A stretch of DNA of 64,000 nucleotides, from the NCBI GenBank assembly GCA_963767255.1, contig CAVYDM010000006.1, forward strand, positions 796 to 64,795, given 5' to 3'. The stretch is from an uncultured Solirubrobacterales bacterium (GTDB lineage: Bacteria; Actinomycetota; Thermoleophilia; Solirubrobacterales; Solirubrobacteraceae). Made by a program: the position numbers and the translations under genes. The notes under the pieces are model-generated. The model had not been told where the DNA came from and did not search any database. It saw only the letters and a program-made list of their open reading frames with translations. Of the stretch, positions 36,321-46,523 are shown piece after piece; position 1 is the first letter of the stretch; every line of letters starts with the position of its first letter.

Positions 36321-37536
36321 GTGGCACTCATCCAAGCAAGTCGCCCGCTCAGCCGAGCACTGCGCGAGACGCTCCCGGAGCGGCCATTTCACGTGCGCTT
36401 CTGGGACGGCGGATACGTCGAGGCGACGAGCTCGGGGGCGCCGAGTTTCTTCGTCAGGCGCCCGTCGGCCATGTCGCAGTTCCTGCGCTCGCCGGGGACG
36501 CTCGGTCTCGGGCGTGCGTATGTGGAGGGCTCGCTGGACGTCAACGATCTCGACGCGGCGTTCATCGTGGTCGACGAATGGGAGCCGCCACGGCTGAGTC
36601 TCGCCGACCGGGCGCGGCTGGGGTTGGCGGTCGCCGTGGCCGCGCTGCCGGGCGGGCTGCCTCATCGCCCGAGCCTCGAGCTGATCCTGCGTGGCGAGCG
36701 TCACACGCCAGAGCGCGACGCCGCCGCGATCCGCTACCACTACGACGTCGGCAACGAGTTCTTCGGCCTCTTCCTCGACGAGTCGATGACCTACAGCTGC
36801 GCGATCTACTCCCGGGGCGCCCAGACGCTCGAGGAGGCCCAGCGCACGAAGCTCGACCTCGTCGCGAGCAAGCTCGAGCTGAAGCCCGGCATGGCGCTGC
36901 TGGACGTCGGCTGCGGATGGGGCAGCTTCGCGATCCACGCGGCGCAGAACTACGGCGTCACGGTCACCGGCCTCACCCTCTCGCCCTCGCAGGCCGAGCT
37001 TGCGCGTGAGAAGGTCGCGGCGGCGGGGTGCGGCGAGCGGGTGGAGATCCGCGTGGCCGACTATCGCGAGCTGCCGGGAGGATCGTATGACGCGATCGCG
37101 TCGATCGGCATGTCCGAGCATGTCGGCGAGAGTCAGATCGACCCTTACGCGGCGTCGCTGTACGCGCTGTTGCGCCCCGGCGGTGTGCTGCTTGAACCAC
37201 GCGATCGCGGCGCTCGATCCCGAGTACGAGTCGCTCGACGACGAGTTCTCGATGCGCTACGTGTTCCCGGACGGAGAGGCTTTGGCGCTCTCCCGGGTCC
37301 AGCTCGCGCTGGAACGCGCCGGCCTGCGCATCGACCATGTGGAGGGGTTCAGAGAGGACTACGCACAGACCCTGCGTGAGTGGACCAAGCGACTGGACGA
37401 GCACCTGGAGCGGGCCGAGCAGCTGGCGGGCGTGCAGCGCACACGTATCTGGCGGCTCTATCTGCGCGCCGCCAGGCATGGCTTTGACACGAGCATCACC
37501 GCCGTCTACCAGATCCGCGCGCGCAGGCCTGCCTGA
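36321..37536 (+). CDS. cfa: Cyclopropane-fatty-acyl-phospholipid synthase family (+1 frameshift near 37192)
   Basis: HYDVGNEFF, MTYSCA, LDVGCGWG, SIGMSEHVG; continues in another frame as LNHAI...YVFPDGE...RIWRLYL. Confidence 0.88.
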
Positions 37537-37576
37537 GCGCGCACCGGCGTGGCGGGCCAGTAGCCTCCAGCGACCG

Positions 37577-39601
37577 ATGCCCATCACGGTCACCCTCCCG
37601 GACGGAACACCGCTGCAGCTGCCCGACGGCGCCACGGGCGCCGATGCCGCCGCGGCGATCGGACCCGGTCTGGCCAGGGCGGCGCTGGCGATCGAGATCC
37701 GTCGTCCGGAGGCGGCGCACGAGCCCGGTGCGGGGGAGGGCCCCGAGGTTCGCGACCTGGCGCGACCGCTGCCCGACGGCGCACGGATCGCGATCCTGAC
37801 GAAGCAGAGCGGCGAGCGGGCGCTCGCGCTGATCCGCCACGACGCCGCGCACGTGCTGGCGGCCGCCGTGATGGAGCTGTATCCGGGGGTGAAGATCTCG
37901 ATCGGGCCGCCGATCGAGCAGGGGTTCTACTACGACTTCGAGTTCCCCGAGGGCACCGTCGTATCGGAGGCCGAGTTCCCGCAGATCGAAGAGCGGATGC
38001 GAGCGCACGTCGCGGCAAAGGAGGCATTCCAGCGCCGTGACGTGACACCCGCGCAGGCCCGTGAGCGGTTCGTCTCCGAGGGGCAGGACTACAAGGTCGA
38101 GCTGATCGACGATCTCATCGCCGGCGCGCGCGCGAGAGGGCAGGAGCTGCAGAGCGTCTCGCTGTATACGAACGGTCCCTTCACCGACCTGTGCCGCGGG
38201 CCGCACGCGCCGAGCACCGCCAGCATCGGGGCGCTGAAGCTGCAATCGGTCGCCGGCGCGTACTGGCGGGGGGACTCGACGCGGACGATGCTGACGCGCC
38301 TCTATGGCACGGCGTTTCACTCCAAGGGCGAACTGGCCGAGCACCTGGAGCGTCTGGAGCAAGCCAGGGCGCGCGACCATCGCAAGCTGGGACGCGAGCT
38401 CGACCTGTTCACGTTCTCGGACGTCTCGCCCGGCGCGGCGTTCTGGACGGGTGCGGGGACGAGATTGTGGAACAGGCTGGTGGCGCTCTCCCGCGAGATG
38501 GGGGCTTCGCGCGGGTACACCGAGGTCAAGACGCCGCTGATCTACGACGCCGAGCTGTGGAAGACCTCCGGACACTGGGGCAAGTACAGGGAGAATATGT
38601 TCGTCATCGACGTGGAGGGCCGTGAGATGGGCGTCAAGCCGATGAACTGTCCCGGGCACGCGCACCTGTTCTCGACCAGACGGCACTCCTACCGGGACCT
38701 TCCGGTGCGCTATTCGGAGCCCGGGCTGCTGCACCGCAATGAAGCTTCCGGGGTCCTTCACGGGCTCCTGCGCGCGCGTCATCTGGCACAGGACGATGCG
38801 CACATCTTCTGCACCGAGGAGCAGGTGCAGGACGAGGTCCGGGGCTGTTTGGAGATGGCGTTTGCCACATACGCGCGCTTCGATTTCGACATGCGCATCG
38901 AGCTCTCCACCCGTCCCGAGCAACGCGTGGGCAGCGACGAGATGTGGGACCGCGCGGAGGGCGCGCTCACCACGGCCCTGGACGAGCAGGGGCTCAGCTA
39001 TGAGCTGAACCCGGGCGACGGGGCCTTCTACGGCCCGAAGATCGACATGCACATGACCGATTCGATCGGACGGTCGTGGCAGCTGGGAACGGTTCAGCTG
39101 GACTACTCGATGCCGGCGCGCTTCGAGCTCGCCTACACCGGAGCGGACAACTGCGAGCACACGCCGGTGATGATCCACCGGGCGCTGTTCGGGTCCTACG
39201 AGCGGTTCATCGGGATCATGCTCGAGCACTACGCGGGCGAGCTGCCGCTGTGGCTGGCGCCGGTGCAGGCGATCGTGCTGCCGGTGTCCGATCCGTTCAA
39301 CGAGTATGGATCGGACGTCGCGGCGCAGCTGCGCGCGCGGGGGGCGTATGTGGAGCTCGACGAGCGCAGCGAGTCGGTCGGGCGCAAGATCCGCGACGCG
39401 GAGCTGCGCAAGATTCCATACATGCTGATCGTCGGCGAGCGCGAGCAGGCCGATGGTACGGTGTCCATTCGCCGGCATCGTGAGGGCGATGCCGGCGCCA
39501 TGGTCGTGAAGGAGTTTGGCGAGCGGCTGCATGGAGAGCTATACTCGGCCTCGTTGACACCACGTAAATCCTCAGAGCGCGACGCACAGCACTCCGCTTG
39601 A
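37577..39601 (+). CDS. thrS: Threonine--tRNA ligase
   Basis: RHDAAHVLA, DLCRGPH, RDHRKLG, KPMNCPGH, GAFYGPKID, TVQLD. Confidence 0.98.
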   Translation: MPITVTLPDGTPLQLPDGATGADAAAAIGPGLARAALAIEIRRPEAAHEPGAGEGPEVRDLARPLPDGARIAILTKQSGERALALIRHDAAHVLAAAVMELYPGVKISIGPPIEQGFYYDFEFPEGTVVSEAEFPQIEERMRAHVAAKEAFQRRDVTPAQARERFVSEGQDYKVELIDDLIAGARARGQELQSVSLYTNGPFTDLCRGPHAPSTASIGALKLQSVAGAYWRGDSTRTMLTRLYGTAFHSKGELAEHLERLEQARARDHRKLGRELDLFTFSDVSPGAAFWTGAGTRLWNRLVALSREMGASRGYTEVKTPLIYDAELWKTSGHWGKYRENMFVIDVEGREMGVKPMNCPGHAHLFSTRRHSYRDLPVRYSEPGLLHRNEASGVLHGLLRARHLAQDDAHIFCTEEQVQDEVRGCLEMAFATYARFDFDMRIELSTRPEQRVGSDEMWDRAEGALTTALDEQGLSYELNPGDGAFYGPKIDMHMTDSIGRSWQLGTVQLDYSMPARFELAYTGADNCEHTPVMIHRALFGSYERFIGIMLEHYAGELPLWLAPVQAIVLPVSDPFNEYGSDVAAQLRARGAYVELDERSESVGRKIRDAELRKIPYMLIVGEREQADGTVSIRRHREGDAGAMVVKEFGERLHGELYSASLTPRKSSERDAQHSA

Positions 39602-39620
39602 CGCGCAGTCACGACAGCTA

Positions 39621-40430
39621 GTGCCGGTACCACGCAGGTTCGACCGGCGCCCGCCCGAGCGGGACCAGACGAGGATCAACGAGCGCATCCGCGTGCCCGA
39701 GGTGCGCGTGATCGACGATGAGGGCAATCAGATCGGCGTGATGAAGACGCCTGACGCGCTGAAGCTCGCCCAGGAGCGCGACCTCGACCTGGTGGAGGTC
39801 GCCCCGGAGGCGCACCCGCCGGTGTGCCGGGTGCTGGACTACTCCAAGTACAAGTACGAGCAGGCCCAGAAGGTCAAGCAGGCGCGAAAGCATCAGCAGC
39901 AGATAACGGTGCGCGAGATCAAGTTCCGCCCGAAGATCGCCCAGCACGACTACGACACCAAGAAGCACCACGTCGAGCGCTTTTTGCGCCACAAGGACAA
40001 GGTCAAGGTGACGATCATGTTCCGCGGGCGCGAGGTCACCCATCCCGAGCGCGGCACGGCGATCCTCGACCGGCTCGCCGAAGAGCTCTCCGAGCTCGGC
40101 GTCGTCGAGCAGCGCCCGATGCAGGAAGGGCGCAACATGACGATGATGATGGCGCCCTCCAAAGCGGTGCTCGCCGGAGCTGTGCCGGACGGGGTCGCTC
40201 CGACTGCGCCGGATGGGGTCGCGCCGGATGGGGCTGCGCCGGATGGGGTCGCGCCGGATGGGGCTGCGCCGGATGGGGTCGCGCCGGATGGGGCTGCTGT
40301 GCCGGATGAGTTGGCGCCGGCCGAGACAGCGGTCCTCACGAGCGAGAACGGGGGCGCTCCGGCGGACGCGGGGGCCGCCGGCGAGGTTCCGGCCGCAGCC
40401 GACGGCGAGGGCGCGGACACGGCTGCCTGA
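39621..40430 (+). CDS. infC: Translation initiation factor IF-3 with low-complexity tail
   Basis: RINERIRVPEVRVI, LDLVEV, DYSKYKYE, EIKFRPKI, FRGRE. Confidence 0.97.
   Translation: MPVPRRFDRRPPERDQTRINERIRVPEVRVIDDEGNQIGVMKTPDALKLAQERDLDLVEVAPEAHPPVCRVLDYSKYKYEQAQKVKQARKHQQQITVREIKFRPKIAQHDYDTKKHHVERFLRHKDKVKVTIMFRGREVTHPERGTAILDRLAEELSELGVVEQRPMQEGRNMTMMMAPSKAVLAGAVPDGVAPTAPDGVAPDGAAPDGVAPDGAAPDGVAPDGAAVPDELAPAETAVLTSENGGAPADAGAAGEVPAAADGEGADTAA
40179..40310 (+). repeat. Coding tandem repeat (15-bp units, APDGV/APDGA)
   Basis: GCGCCGGATGGG(GTC/GCT) repeated six times with degenerate flanks. Confidence 0.9.
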
Positions 40431-40490
40431 AGCGCGCCCGGCTTTAGAGCCGGCTGGATAGGGCGGGCATGTCATACTGTTGCGCTCGAT

Positions 40491-40691
40491 ATGCCCAAGA
40501 TGAAGACACACTCCGGCGCAAAGAAGCGCTTCAAGGTCACCGCCACCGGCAAGGTGCGCGGCAGGCACGCGTTCACGAGCCACATCCTGGAGAAGAAGTC
40601 GCCCAAACACAAGCGCGAGCTGGGCCATCCCGCCCTGCTCTCCGACCATGACTCACCGCGCGTGAAGAAGCTGCTGGGGGTCGGGAAATGA
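40491..40691 (+). CDS. rpmI: 50S ribosomal protein L35
   Basis: [17 protein letters not shown]. Confidence 0.98.
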   Translation: MPKMKTHSGAKKRFKVTATGKVRGRHAFTSHILEKKSPKHKRELGHPALLSDHDSPRVKKLLGVGK

Positions 40692-41047
40692 CACGGGTGA
40701 AGCGCTCGCTGCACGCGCGTAAGAAGCGCAAGGCGACGCTCGAGCAGACGAAGGGGTTCCGCGGCCAGTCGAAATCGAACTACAAGCGCGCCAAGGAGGC
40801 CCTGATGAAGGCGGATGCGTACGCCTACAGGGATCGGCGCAATCGCAAGCGCGACTTTCGCCGCCTGTGGATCACGCGCATCAACGCCGCGGCGCGACAG
40901 AACGGGATGAGCTACTCGCAATTCATGCATGGCCTCACGCTGGCCGGCGTCGAGCTGGACCGCAAGGTGCTGGCCGACATCGCCGTGCGCGACGCCGACA
41001 CGTTCCGACGTTTCGCCGAGACCGCCCGCGAGGCGTCGGCTGCCTGA
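40688..41047 (+). CDS. rplT: 50S ribosomal protein L20
   Basis: MTRVKRS...[23 protein letters not shown]. Confidence 0.98.
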   Translation: MTRVKRSLHARKKRKATLEQTKGFRGQSKSNYKRAKEALMKADAYAYRDRRNRKRDFRRLWITRINAAARQNGMSYSQFMHGLTLAGVELDRKVLADIAVRDADTFRRFAETAREASAA

Positions 41048-41076
41048 ATCCGGCAGCCGGCAGAAGTGCCTCCCGG

Positions 41077-41109
41077 GCGTCGCTCCTGATCCAGGACGGC
41101 GCTTTTTTT
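41077..41109 (+). terminator. Intrinsic terminator after rplT
   Basis: GCGTCGCTCCTG-ATC-CAGGACGGCGC followed by T7. Confidence 0.75.
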
Positions 41110-41874
41110 ATGACCGTCATCACCTCCCCACACAATCCCCATCTGAAGGAGCTGCGCCGGCTGGCGCGCAAGCGCGACCGTGAGCGCAGCGGGCGGTTCG
41201 CGGCCGAGGGCGAGGATCTGGTCGATGCGGCAGAGATGTCCGGATGGCCGGCCGTGGAGGGATACCGCGTGGCCGGCTCGGAGCTCGGCGGCCCGAAGTT
41301 CACCGACGTGGAGGAGGCGGCGCTCGCGGCCGTGTCGACGCTCGGCTCGGGCACGCGCGCGATCGGCGTCTACGAGCAGCGCTGGCTGCCGGCGCCGGTG
41401 GGTCCGCTGTGCGTGTATCTGCACGGCGTCGGCGATCCGGGCAACGTCGGCACGGTTCTGCGTGGCGCTCTGGCGTTCGGGGCGTCGTGTCTGGCGCTGG
41501 GACCGGGCTGCGCCGATCCGTACTCGCCGAAGGCGGTCCGCGCGAGCATGGGCGCGATCTTCGGTGTCGGACTCGCGCGGGTATCGGATACGGATGTGGG
41601 GAAACTGCCCGGCGAGCGCGTCGCGCTCATCGCCGGCGCCGGCGAGCCCCTGGCGGAGCTGCCGGCGAGGCTCGCGGGATCGACAGCGCTGACGCTGCTC
41701 GTGGGGGCCGAGCGCGAGGGGCTTCCGGAGGATGTGGTGAGCGCTTGCGAGCGGGTCGCGCACATCCCGATCGCGACGGAGTCGTTGAACGCGGCGATGG
41801 CCGCGACCGTGGCGATGTATGAGATGACCCGCGGCCTGCAATCCCCGCCCGACCGTAGGATGCCCGGAGCATGA
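41110..41874 (+). CDS. TrmH/SpoU-family RNA methyltransferase
   Basis: DPGNVGTVLR, KAVRASMG, VGAEREGL, ESLNAAMA. Confidence 0.93.
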   Translation: MTVITSPHNPHLKELRRLARKRDRERSGRFAAEGEDLVDAAEMSGWPAVEGYRVAGSELGGPKFTDVEEAALAAVSTLGSGTRAIGVYEQRWLPAPVGPLCVYLHGVGDPGNVGTVLRGALAFGASCLALGPGCADPYSPKAVRASMGAIFGVGLARVSDTDVGKLPGERVALIAGAGEPLAELPARLAGSTALTLLVGAEREGLPEDVVSACERVAHIPIATESLNAAMAATVAMYEMTRGLQSPPDRRMPGA

Positions 41875-42989
41875 GCGCCCAGGACCCAACAACTGCGGCC
41901 GGCGACGGGCTCGGCCAAGACCCGCTCCAGCAGATCGCCCAGATCGAGCGCGACGCGCGCGCGGCGGTCGCCGCCGCGGACGACAGCCGGTCGCTGGAGC
42001 AGGCGCGTGTGACCTACCTGGGACGCAAGGCCGCGCTGCCGCAGCTGCTGCGCGGCGTGGCGCAGTTGGAGCCGGCGCAGCGCGGGGCCGTGGGCAAGGC
42101 CGCCAACCAGGCGCGCCAAGCGCTCGAGGATCTGATCGAGTCACGCGCGGGCGAGCTGAGCGGCGCGGAGCTGCAGCGGAGCCTCGCCCGGGAGCAGATC
42201 GACGTGACGCTGCCCGGCAGCCCGCCGCAGCCGGTGGGCAGGCTGCACGTGCTCACGCAGACGACGCGCGAACTGGAAGACATCTTCCTCGGGCTCGGGT
42301 TCACGGTGCTCGAGGGTCCGGAGGTGGAGACTGTCCACTACAACTTCGACGCGCTCAACCACTCCCCGACGCACCCCGCTCGCGCGCACACGGACACGTT
42401 CTATCTGGGCGCGGACGTCGTGTTGCGGACCCACACCTCGCCGATGCAGATCCGGGCGATGGAGGCGCACCCACCGCCGCTGTACGTGGTGATCCCGGGG
42501 CGCGTCTACCGGCCCGACTCCGACGCGACGCACACACCCCAGTTTCACCAGATCGAGGGGCTGGCGGTGGATGAGGACATCACGCTCGCCGACCTGAAGG
42601 GGACGCTGCTCGCATTCGCCCGGGCGGTGTTCGGCGAGGAGCGCGACGTCCGGCTGCGGCCCCATTTCTTCCCATTCACCGAGCCGAGCGTCGAGGTGGA
42701 CGTCTCCTGCTTTCACTGCGACGGACGCGGCTTCCTGGGCGACGGCGCACGCTGCTACCTGTGCAAGGGCGAGGGCTGGCTCGAGGTGCTCGGCGCGGGC
42801 GAGGTAGACCCGAATGTGTACTCCTACGTGCCAACCACCGAGCACAACGCGCCTGGTTACGACCCCGAGCGGGTGCAGGGGTTCGCATGGGGGATGGGCG
42901 TCGAGCGGATCGCGATGCTCAAGCACGGCATCCCCGATCTGAGGCTGTATTACGAGAACGACATCCGGTTCCTGGAGCAGTTCGGATGA
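41871..42989 (+). CDS. pheS: Phenylalanine--tRNA ligase alpha subunit
   Basis: NFDALN, LRTHTSPMQ, HTPQFHQIEG, FPFTEPS, GFAWGMGVER. Confidence 0.98.
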   Translation: MSAQDPTTAAGDGLGQDPLQQIAQIERDARAAVAAADDSRSLEQARVTYLGRKAALPQLLRGVAQLEPAQRGAVGKAANQARQALEDLIESRAGELSGAELQRSLAREQIDVTLPGSPPQPVGRLHVLTQTTRELEDIFLGLGFTVLEGPEVETVHYNFDALNHSPTHPARAHTDTFYLGADVVLRTHTSPMQIRAMEAHPPPLYVVIPGRVYRPDSDATHTPQFHQIEGLAVDEDITLADLKGTLLAFARAVFGEERDVRLRPHFFPFTEPSVEVDVSCFHCDGRGFLGDGARCYLCKGEGWLEVLGAGEVDPNVYSYVPTTEHNAPGYDPERVQGFAWGMGVERIAMLKHGIPDLRLYYENDIRFLEQFG

Positions 42990-45475
42990 GGGTTCCGCTG
43001 AGCTGGCTGCGCGAATACTGCGATCCCGGCCTCGACGTCGGCGGGATCGAGGAGCGGCTGACGATGACCGGAACCAAGGTCGAGGCGATCCACCATCACG
43101 GGGTCGGCGCCACGGAGGGATTCGTCGTGGGGAGGGTGCTCACGTGCGAGCGCCATCCCGACGCGGATCGGTTGAGCGTCTGCACGGTCGAGCTGGGCTC
43201 GGCACGCGAAGGGAACGGCCCCGCGACGATCGTCTGTGGCGCCCCGAACGTCGCCGTGGGTCAAACGGTGGCGGTGGCGCTCCCGGGTGCGGTGATGCCG
43301 GGGGGGATGGTCATCAAGCGCGCGAAGCTGAGAGGGGTCGTCTCCGAAGGGATGATCTGTGCCGAGCAGGAGCTCGAGATCGGGCCTGGCGGGCAGGGGA
43401 TTCTTGTGCTGGACGACCTGACGCTCGATGCGGAGCTCTTGCCCGGAACACCATTGGCCGATGTGCTGCCGATCGTGGATGAGGTGATCGAGCTGGAGGT
43501 CACGCCCAACCGGCCGGATTGCCTGGGTGTGTACGGGGTTGCGCGCGAGCTGCACGCCGCCACTGGCGCGCCGCTCGCACCCGAGCCGTGGCGTGAGGAT
43601 CCGGGCTCGCCCGGAACCGTGGCGGGCGTCGAGATCGCGGTCGAGTGCACGGATCTTTGCCCGCGGTTCACCGCGCGCGCGTTCGATCGCGTCACGATCG
43701 CTCCCTCGCCGCCGTGGTTGAAGGCGCGGCTGAGCGCCGCCGGGCAGCGGCCGATCAACAACGTCGTTGACATCACCAACTACGCGATGCTCCTGACCGG
43801 CCAGCCGCTGCACGCCTTCGACCTGGATCGGATCTCCGGCTCGCGACTTACGGTGAGACGCGCGCGCGAGGCCGAGCAGGTGCAGACGCTCGACGGGCAG
43901 ACACGCACGCTGGACTCGGAGATGGTCGTGATCGAGGACGCAGACGGACCGACATCGATCGCGGGCCTGATGGGGGGCGAGCGCTCGGAGGTGCAGCCGG
44001 ACACCACGCGCGTGCTGCTGGAGGTAGCCAACTGGCACGGGCCGAACATCCACCGCACCTCGTGGGCGCTCGGTCTGCGCAGCGAGGCCTCGTCGCGCTT
44101 TGAGAAGGGGCTCGCGCCCGAGCAGTGTCTGTGGGCGCAGGCGGTCGCGAGCACGCTGATGGTCGAGCTGTGCGGAGCGACCGTGCAGCCCGGCACGATC
44201 GACATCGGCGGCGATCGGTGGGTGGGCTTCACTGCGCCGGAGATCAGGCTGCGCGAGGCGCGCGTGCGGGCGATCCTCGGAATCGAGGTTCCCAGGGCGC
44301 GCCAGGCGGAGATCCTGAACGCGCTCGACTTCGCCACCGCCGAGGCGGATGACGGCCTGGATGCGATCCCCCCGCCGGTCCGGCGCGAGGACGTGACGCG
44401 CGAGGCCGACCTGATCGAGGAGGTGGCCCGAATCGACGGTCTGGAGCGGCTGCCGGTGACGCTGCCCGCCCGCCGGGGCGCCTACGGCGTGCTCTCGCAC
44501 GAGCAGCGGTTGCGCCGGCGCGCGCTGGAGGTGCTCGCCGGGCGCGGTCTGTATGAGGCGGTGGGGTGGACGTTCGCCTCGCCGAGCCTCGCCGATCGCC
44601 TGCGCCTGGACGTCGAGGACCCGCGACGGGACGCGCCGGTGGTGGAGAACCCGCTGTCCGAGGAGCAGTCGCTGCTGCGCGCCACCCTGCTCGGCTCGCT
44701 GCTGGACACGGCGTCGCGCAACGCCGCGCGCGGCATGGGCGACCTGCGCCTGTTCGAGACAGGGACCGTGTTCGCCCGGTCCGGCGTCTCCGCCGCCGGC
44801 GCTGGGTCCTCGTCCGCGGTCGACGCTCGCCGCGATACGGGTGTGTCCGAACACCGGTCTCTGGGAGTGCTGCTCGCCGGCGGGGCTCACGAGCCGAGCT
44901 GGCGCGTGTCCGAGCCGGCGGTCGCGGACTTCTACGCGGTCAAGGGGGTGCTCGAAGCCCTCGCGGCGGCGCTGCGCGTGGACGGCATCGAGCTTGCGTC
45001 CGACCCTCAGCCGTTCCTGCACCCCGGCCGCGCCGCCGCCGTGTCGGTGGGCGGCGATCGGATCGGCTGGCTGGGCGAGCTGCACCCGCTCGTCGCCGAG
45101 GAGTGGGAGCTGCCGGGCGCGAGCATGTTCGAGATCGATCTCGACCGGCTGATCGCGGCCGCCCCCGCGGAGACGGGGTATGAGGATCTGATCGGCTACC
45201 CGCCGCTGCGCCAGGACCTGGCGGTCGTGCTGCCCATGGACGTGCCCGCCGCGAGCGTTCTGTCGGCCGCGCGCGAGGCCGCCGGCGAGCTGCTGCGCGA
45301 CGCGCACGTGTTCGACGTCTACACCGGCGCCCAGGTGGGGGAGGGCCGGCGCTCGCTGGCTCTGGCGCTGTCGTTCCGGGCCTCGGACCGGACGCTCTCA
45401 GACGAGGACATCGCGCCCGTGCGCGAACACATCGTGGCTGCGCTCGGCAGGCTGGGGGGTGAGTTGCGTGGCTGA
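42986..45475 (+). CDS. pheT: Phenylalanine--tRNA ligase beta subunit
   Basis: MRVPLSWLREY, HPDADRL, CGAPNV, TPNRPDCL, PINNVVDITNY, FDVYTG. Confidence 0.98.
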   Translation: MRVPLSWLREYCDPGLDVGGIEERLTMTGTKVEAIHHHGVGATEGFVVGRVLTCERHPDADRLSVCTVELGSAREGNGPATIVCGAPNVAVGQTVAVALPGAVMPGGMVIKRAKLRGVVSEGMICAEQELEIGPGGQGILVLDDLTLDAELLPGTPLADVLPIVDEVIELEVTPNRPDCLGVYGVARELHAATGAPLAPEPWREDPGSPGTVAGVEIAVECTDLCPRFTARAFDRVTIAPSPPWLKARLSAAGQRPINNVVDITNYAMLLTGQPLHAFDLDRISGSRLTVRRAREAEQVQTLDGQTRTLDSEMVVIEDADGPTSIAGLMGGERSEVQPDTTRVLLEVANWHGPNIHRTSWALGLRSEASSRFEKGLAPEQCLWAQAVASTLMVELCGATVQPGTIDIGGDRWVGFTAPEIRLREARVRAILGIEVPRARQAEILNALDFATAEADDGLDAIPPPVRREDVTREADLIEEVARIDGLERLPVTLPARRGAYGVLSHEQRLRRRALEVLAGRGLYEAVGWTFASPSLADRLRLDVEDPRRDAPVVENPLSEEQSLLRATLLGSLLDTASRNAARGMGDLRLFETGTVFARSGVSAAGAGSSSAVDARRDTGVSEHRSLGVLLAGGAHEPSWRVSEPAVADFYAVKGVLEALAAALRVDGIELASDPQPFLHPGRAAAVSVGGDRIGWLGELHPLVAEEWELPGASMFEIDLDRLIAAAPAETGYEDLIGYPPLRQDLAVVLPMDVPAASVLSAAREAAGELLRDAHVFDVYTGAQVGEGRRSLALALSFRASDRTLSDEDIAPVREHIVAALGRLGGELRG

Positions 45476-46523
45476 TCCGAACCCGTCGCAGACGTTCGCC
45501 CCGGACTCCCCGCGCGTGATGGTTGCGGGCGCGACCGGGTTCGCAGGTGCATTGGCTGCGCACCTGCTGTGGCGCCATCCTCAGTTCGAGCTGATCGGCG
45601 TGACCGGGCGCTCGGAGGTGGGCCGGCGTCTGGACGAGCTGTACCCGCGCTACCGGGTGCCGCTTGGAATCGAGCAAATGGATCTCGATCGGCTGGCAAC
45701 CGACCTGGACACCGGCGGGCGTCTGGACGCGGCCGTCGTCGCCTACCCGCATGCGGCCGCTGCTCCGACCGTCGGCTTGCTGCGTGAGCTGGGCGTACGC
45801 GTGGTCGATCTCAGCGCCGACTTTCGCCTGTCATCGCAGGCGACGTACGAACAGTGGTACGGCCCCCACCCGCGCCCGGACCTGCGCGACGGGGCGGTGT
45901 ACGGGCTGAGCGAGCTGCACCGCGCCCAGATCGCCGGCGCGGGCCTCGTCGCCAACCCCGGCTGCTATCCGACCGCGGCCGTGCTCGGGCTCGCGCCGCT
46001 GGCCCGCGCGGGCCTGATCGCCGACGTCGTGATCGACGCCAAGCAGGGCATCTCCGGCGCCGGGCGCACGTTCGACGAGACCACCCACATGTCGATGGCG
46101 GGCGAGAACATCCTGCCCTACCGCGTCGCCTCCCACCGGCACACGCCCGAGATCGAGGAGCAGTTGGGGCTGCTCGGCGCTGAGCTGCCCGTCCAATTTC
46201 AGGCTCATCTCGTGCCGCTCGATCAGGGGGAGCTGGCCAGCTGCTACGTGACGGCCACCCGCACAGTCGCGCCCGGCGAGCTGAGCGAGCTATATGACGA
46301 CGCATACGCGCACGAGCCGTTCGTGGAGGTGGCCACCGTAGCCCCGGGCACCCGGGACGTGCTCGAAACCAACTTCTGCCGCATCTTCGCCGCCGCCGAT
46401 CCCCACACCGGCAAGGTGGTCGTGCTGTCGGCGATCGACAACCTGTGGAAGGGCACCTCCTCGCAGGCCGTCCAGAACTTGAACATCATGTTCGGGTTCT
46501 CCGAGGGGGAGGGGCTGCTATGA
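45468..46523 (+). CDS. argC: N-acetyl-gamma-glutamyl-phosphate reductase
   Basis: GATGFAG, DLSADFRL, ANPGCYPT, GISGAG, IDNLWKG. Confidence 0.95.
   Translation: MADPNPSQTFAPDSPRVMVAGATGFAGALAAHLLWRHPQFELIGVTGRSEVGRRLDELYPRYRVPLGIEQMDLDRLATDLDTGGRLDAAVVAYPHAAAAPTVGLLRELGVRVVDLSADFRLSSQATYEQWYGPHPRPDLRDGAVYGLSELHRAQIAGAGLVANPGCYPTAAVLGLAPLARAGLIADVVIDAKQGISGAGRTFDETTHMSMAGENILPYRVASHRHTPEIEEQLGLLGAELPVQFQAHLVPLDQGELASCYVTATRTVAPGELSELYDDAYAHEPFVEVATVAPGTRDVLETNFCRIFAAADPHTGKVVVLSAIDNLWKGTSSQAVQNLNIMFGFSEGEGLL

Noticed and set aside
37496-45307. Long antisense ORFs (678 aa and 785 aa) opposite thrS and pheT
   Set aside because: Shadow ORFs caused by high-GC codon bias
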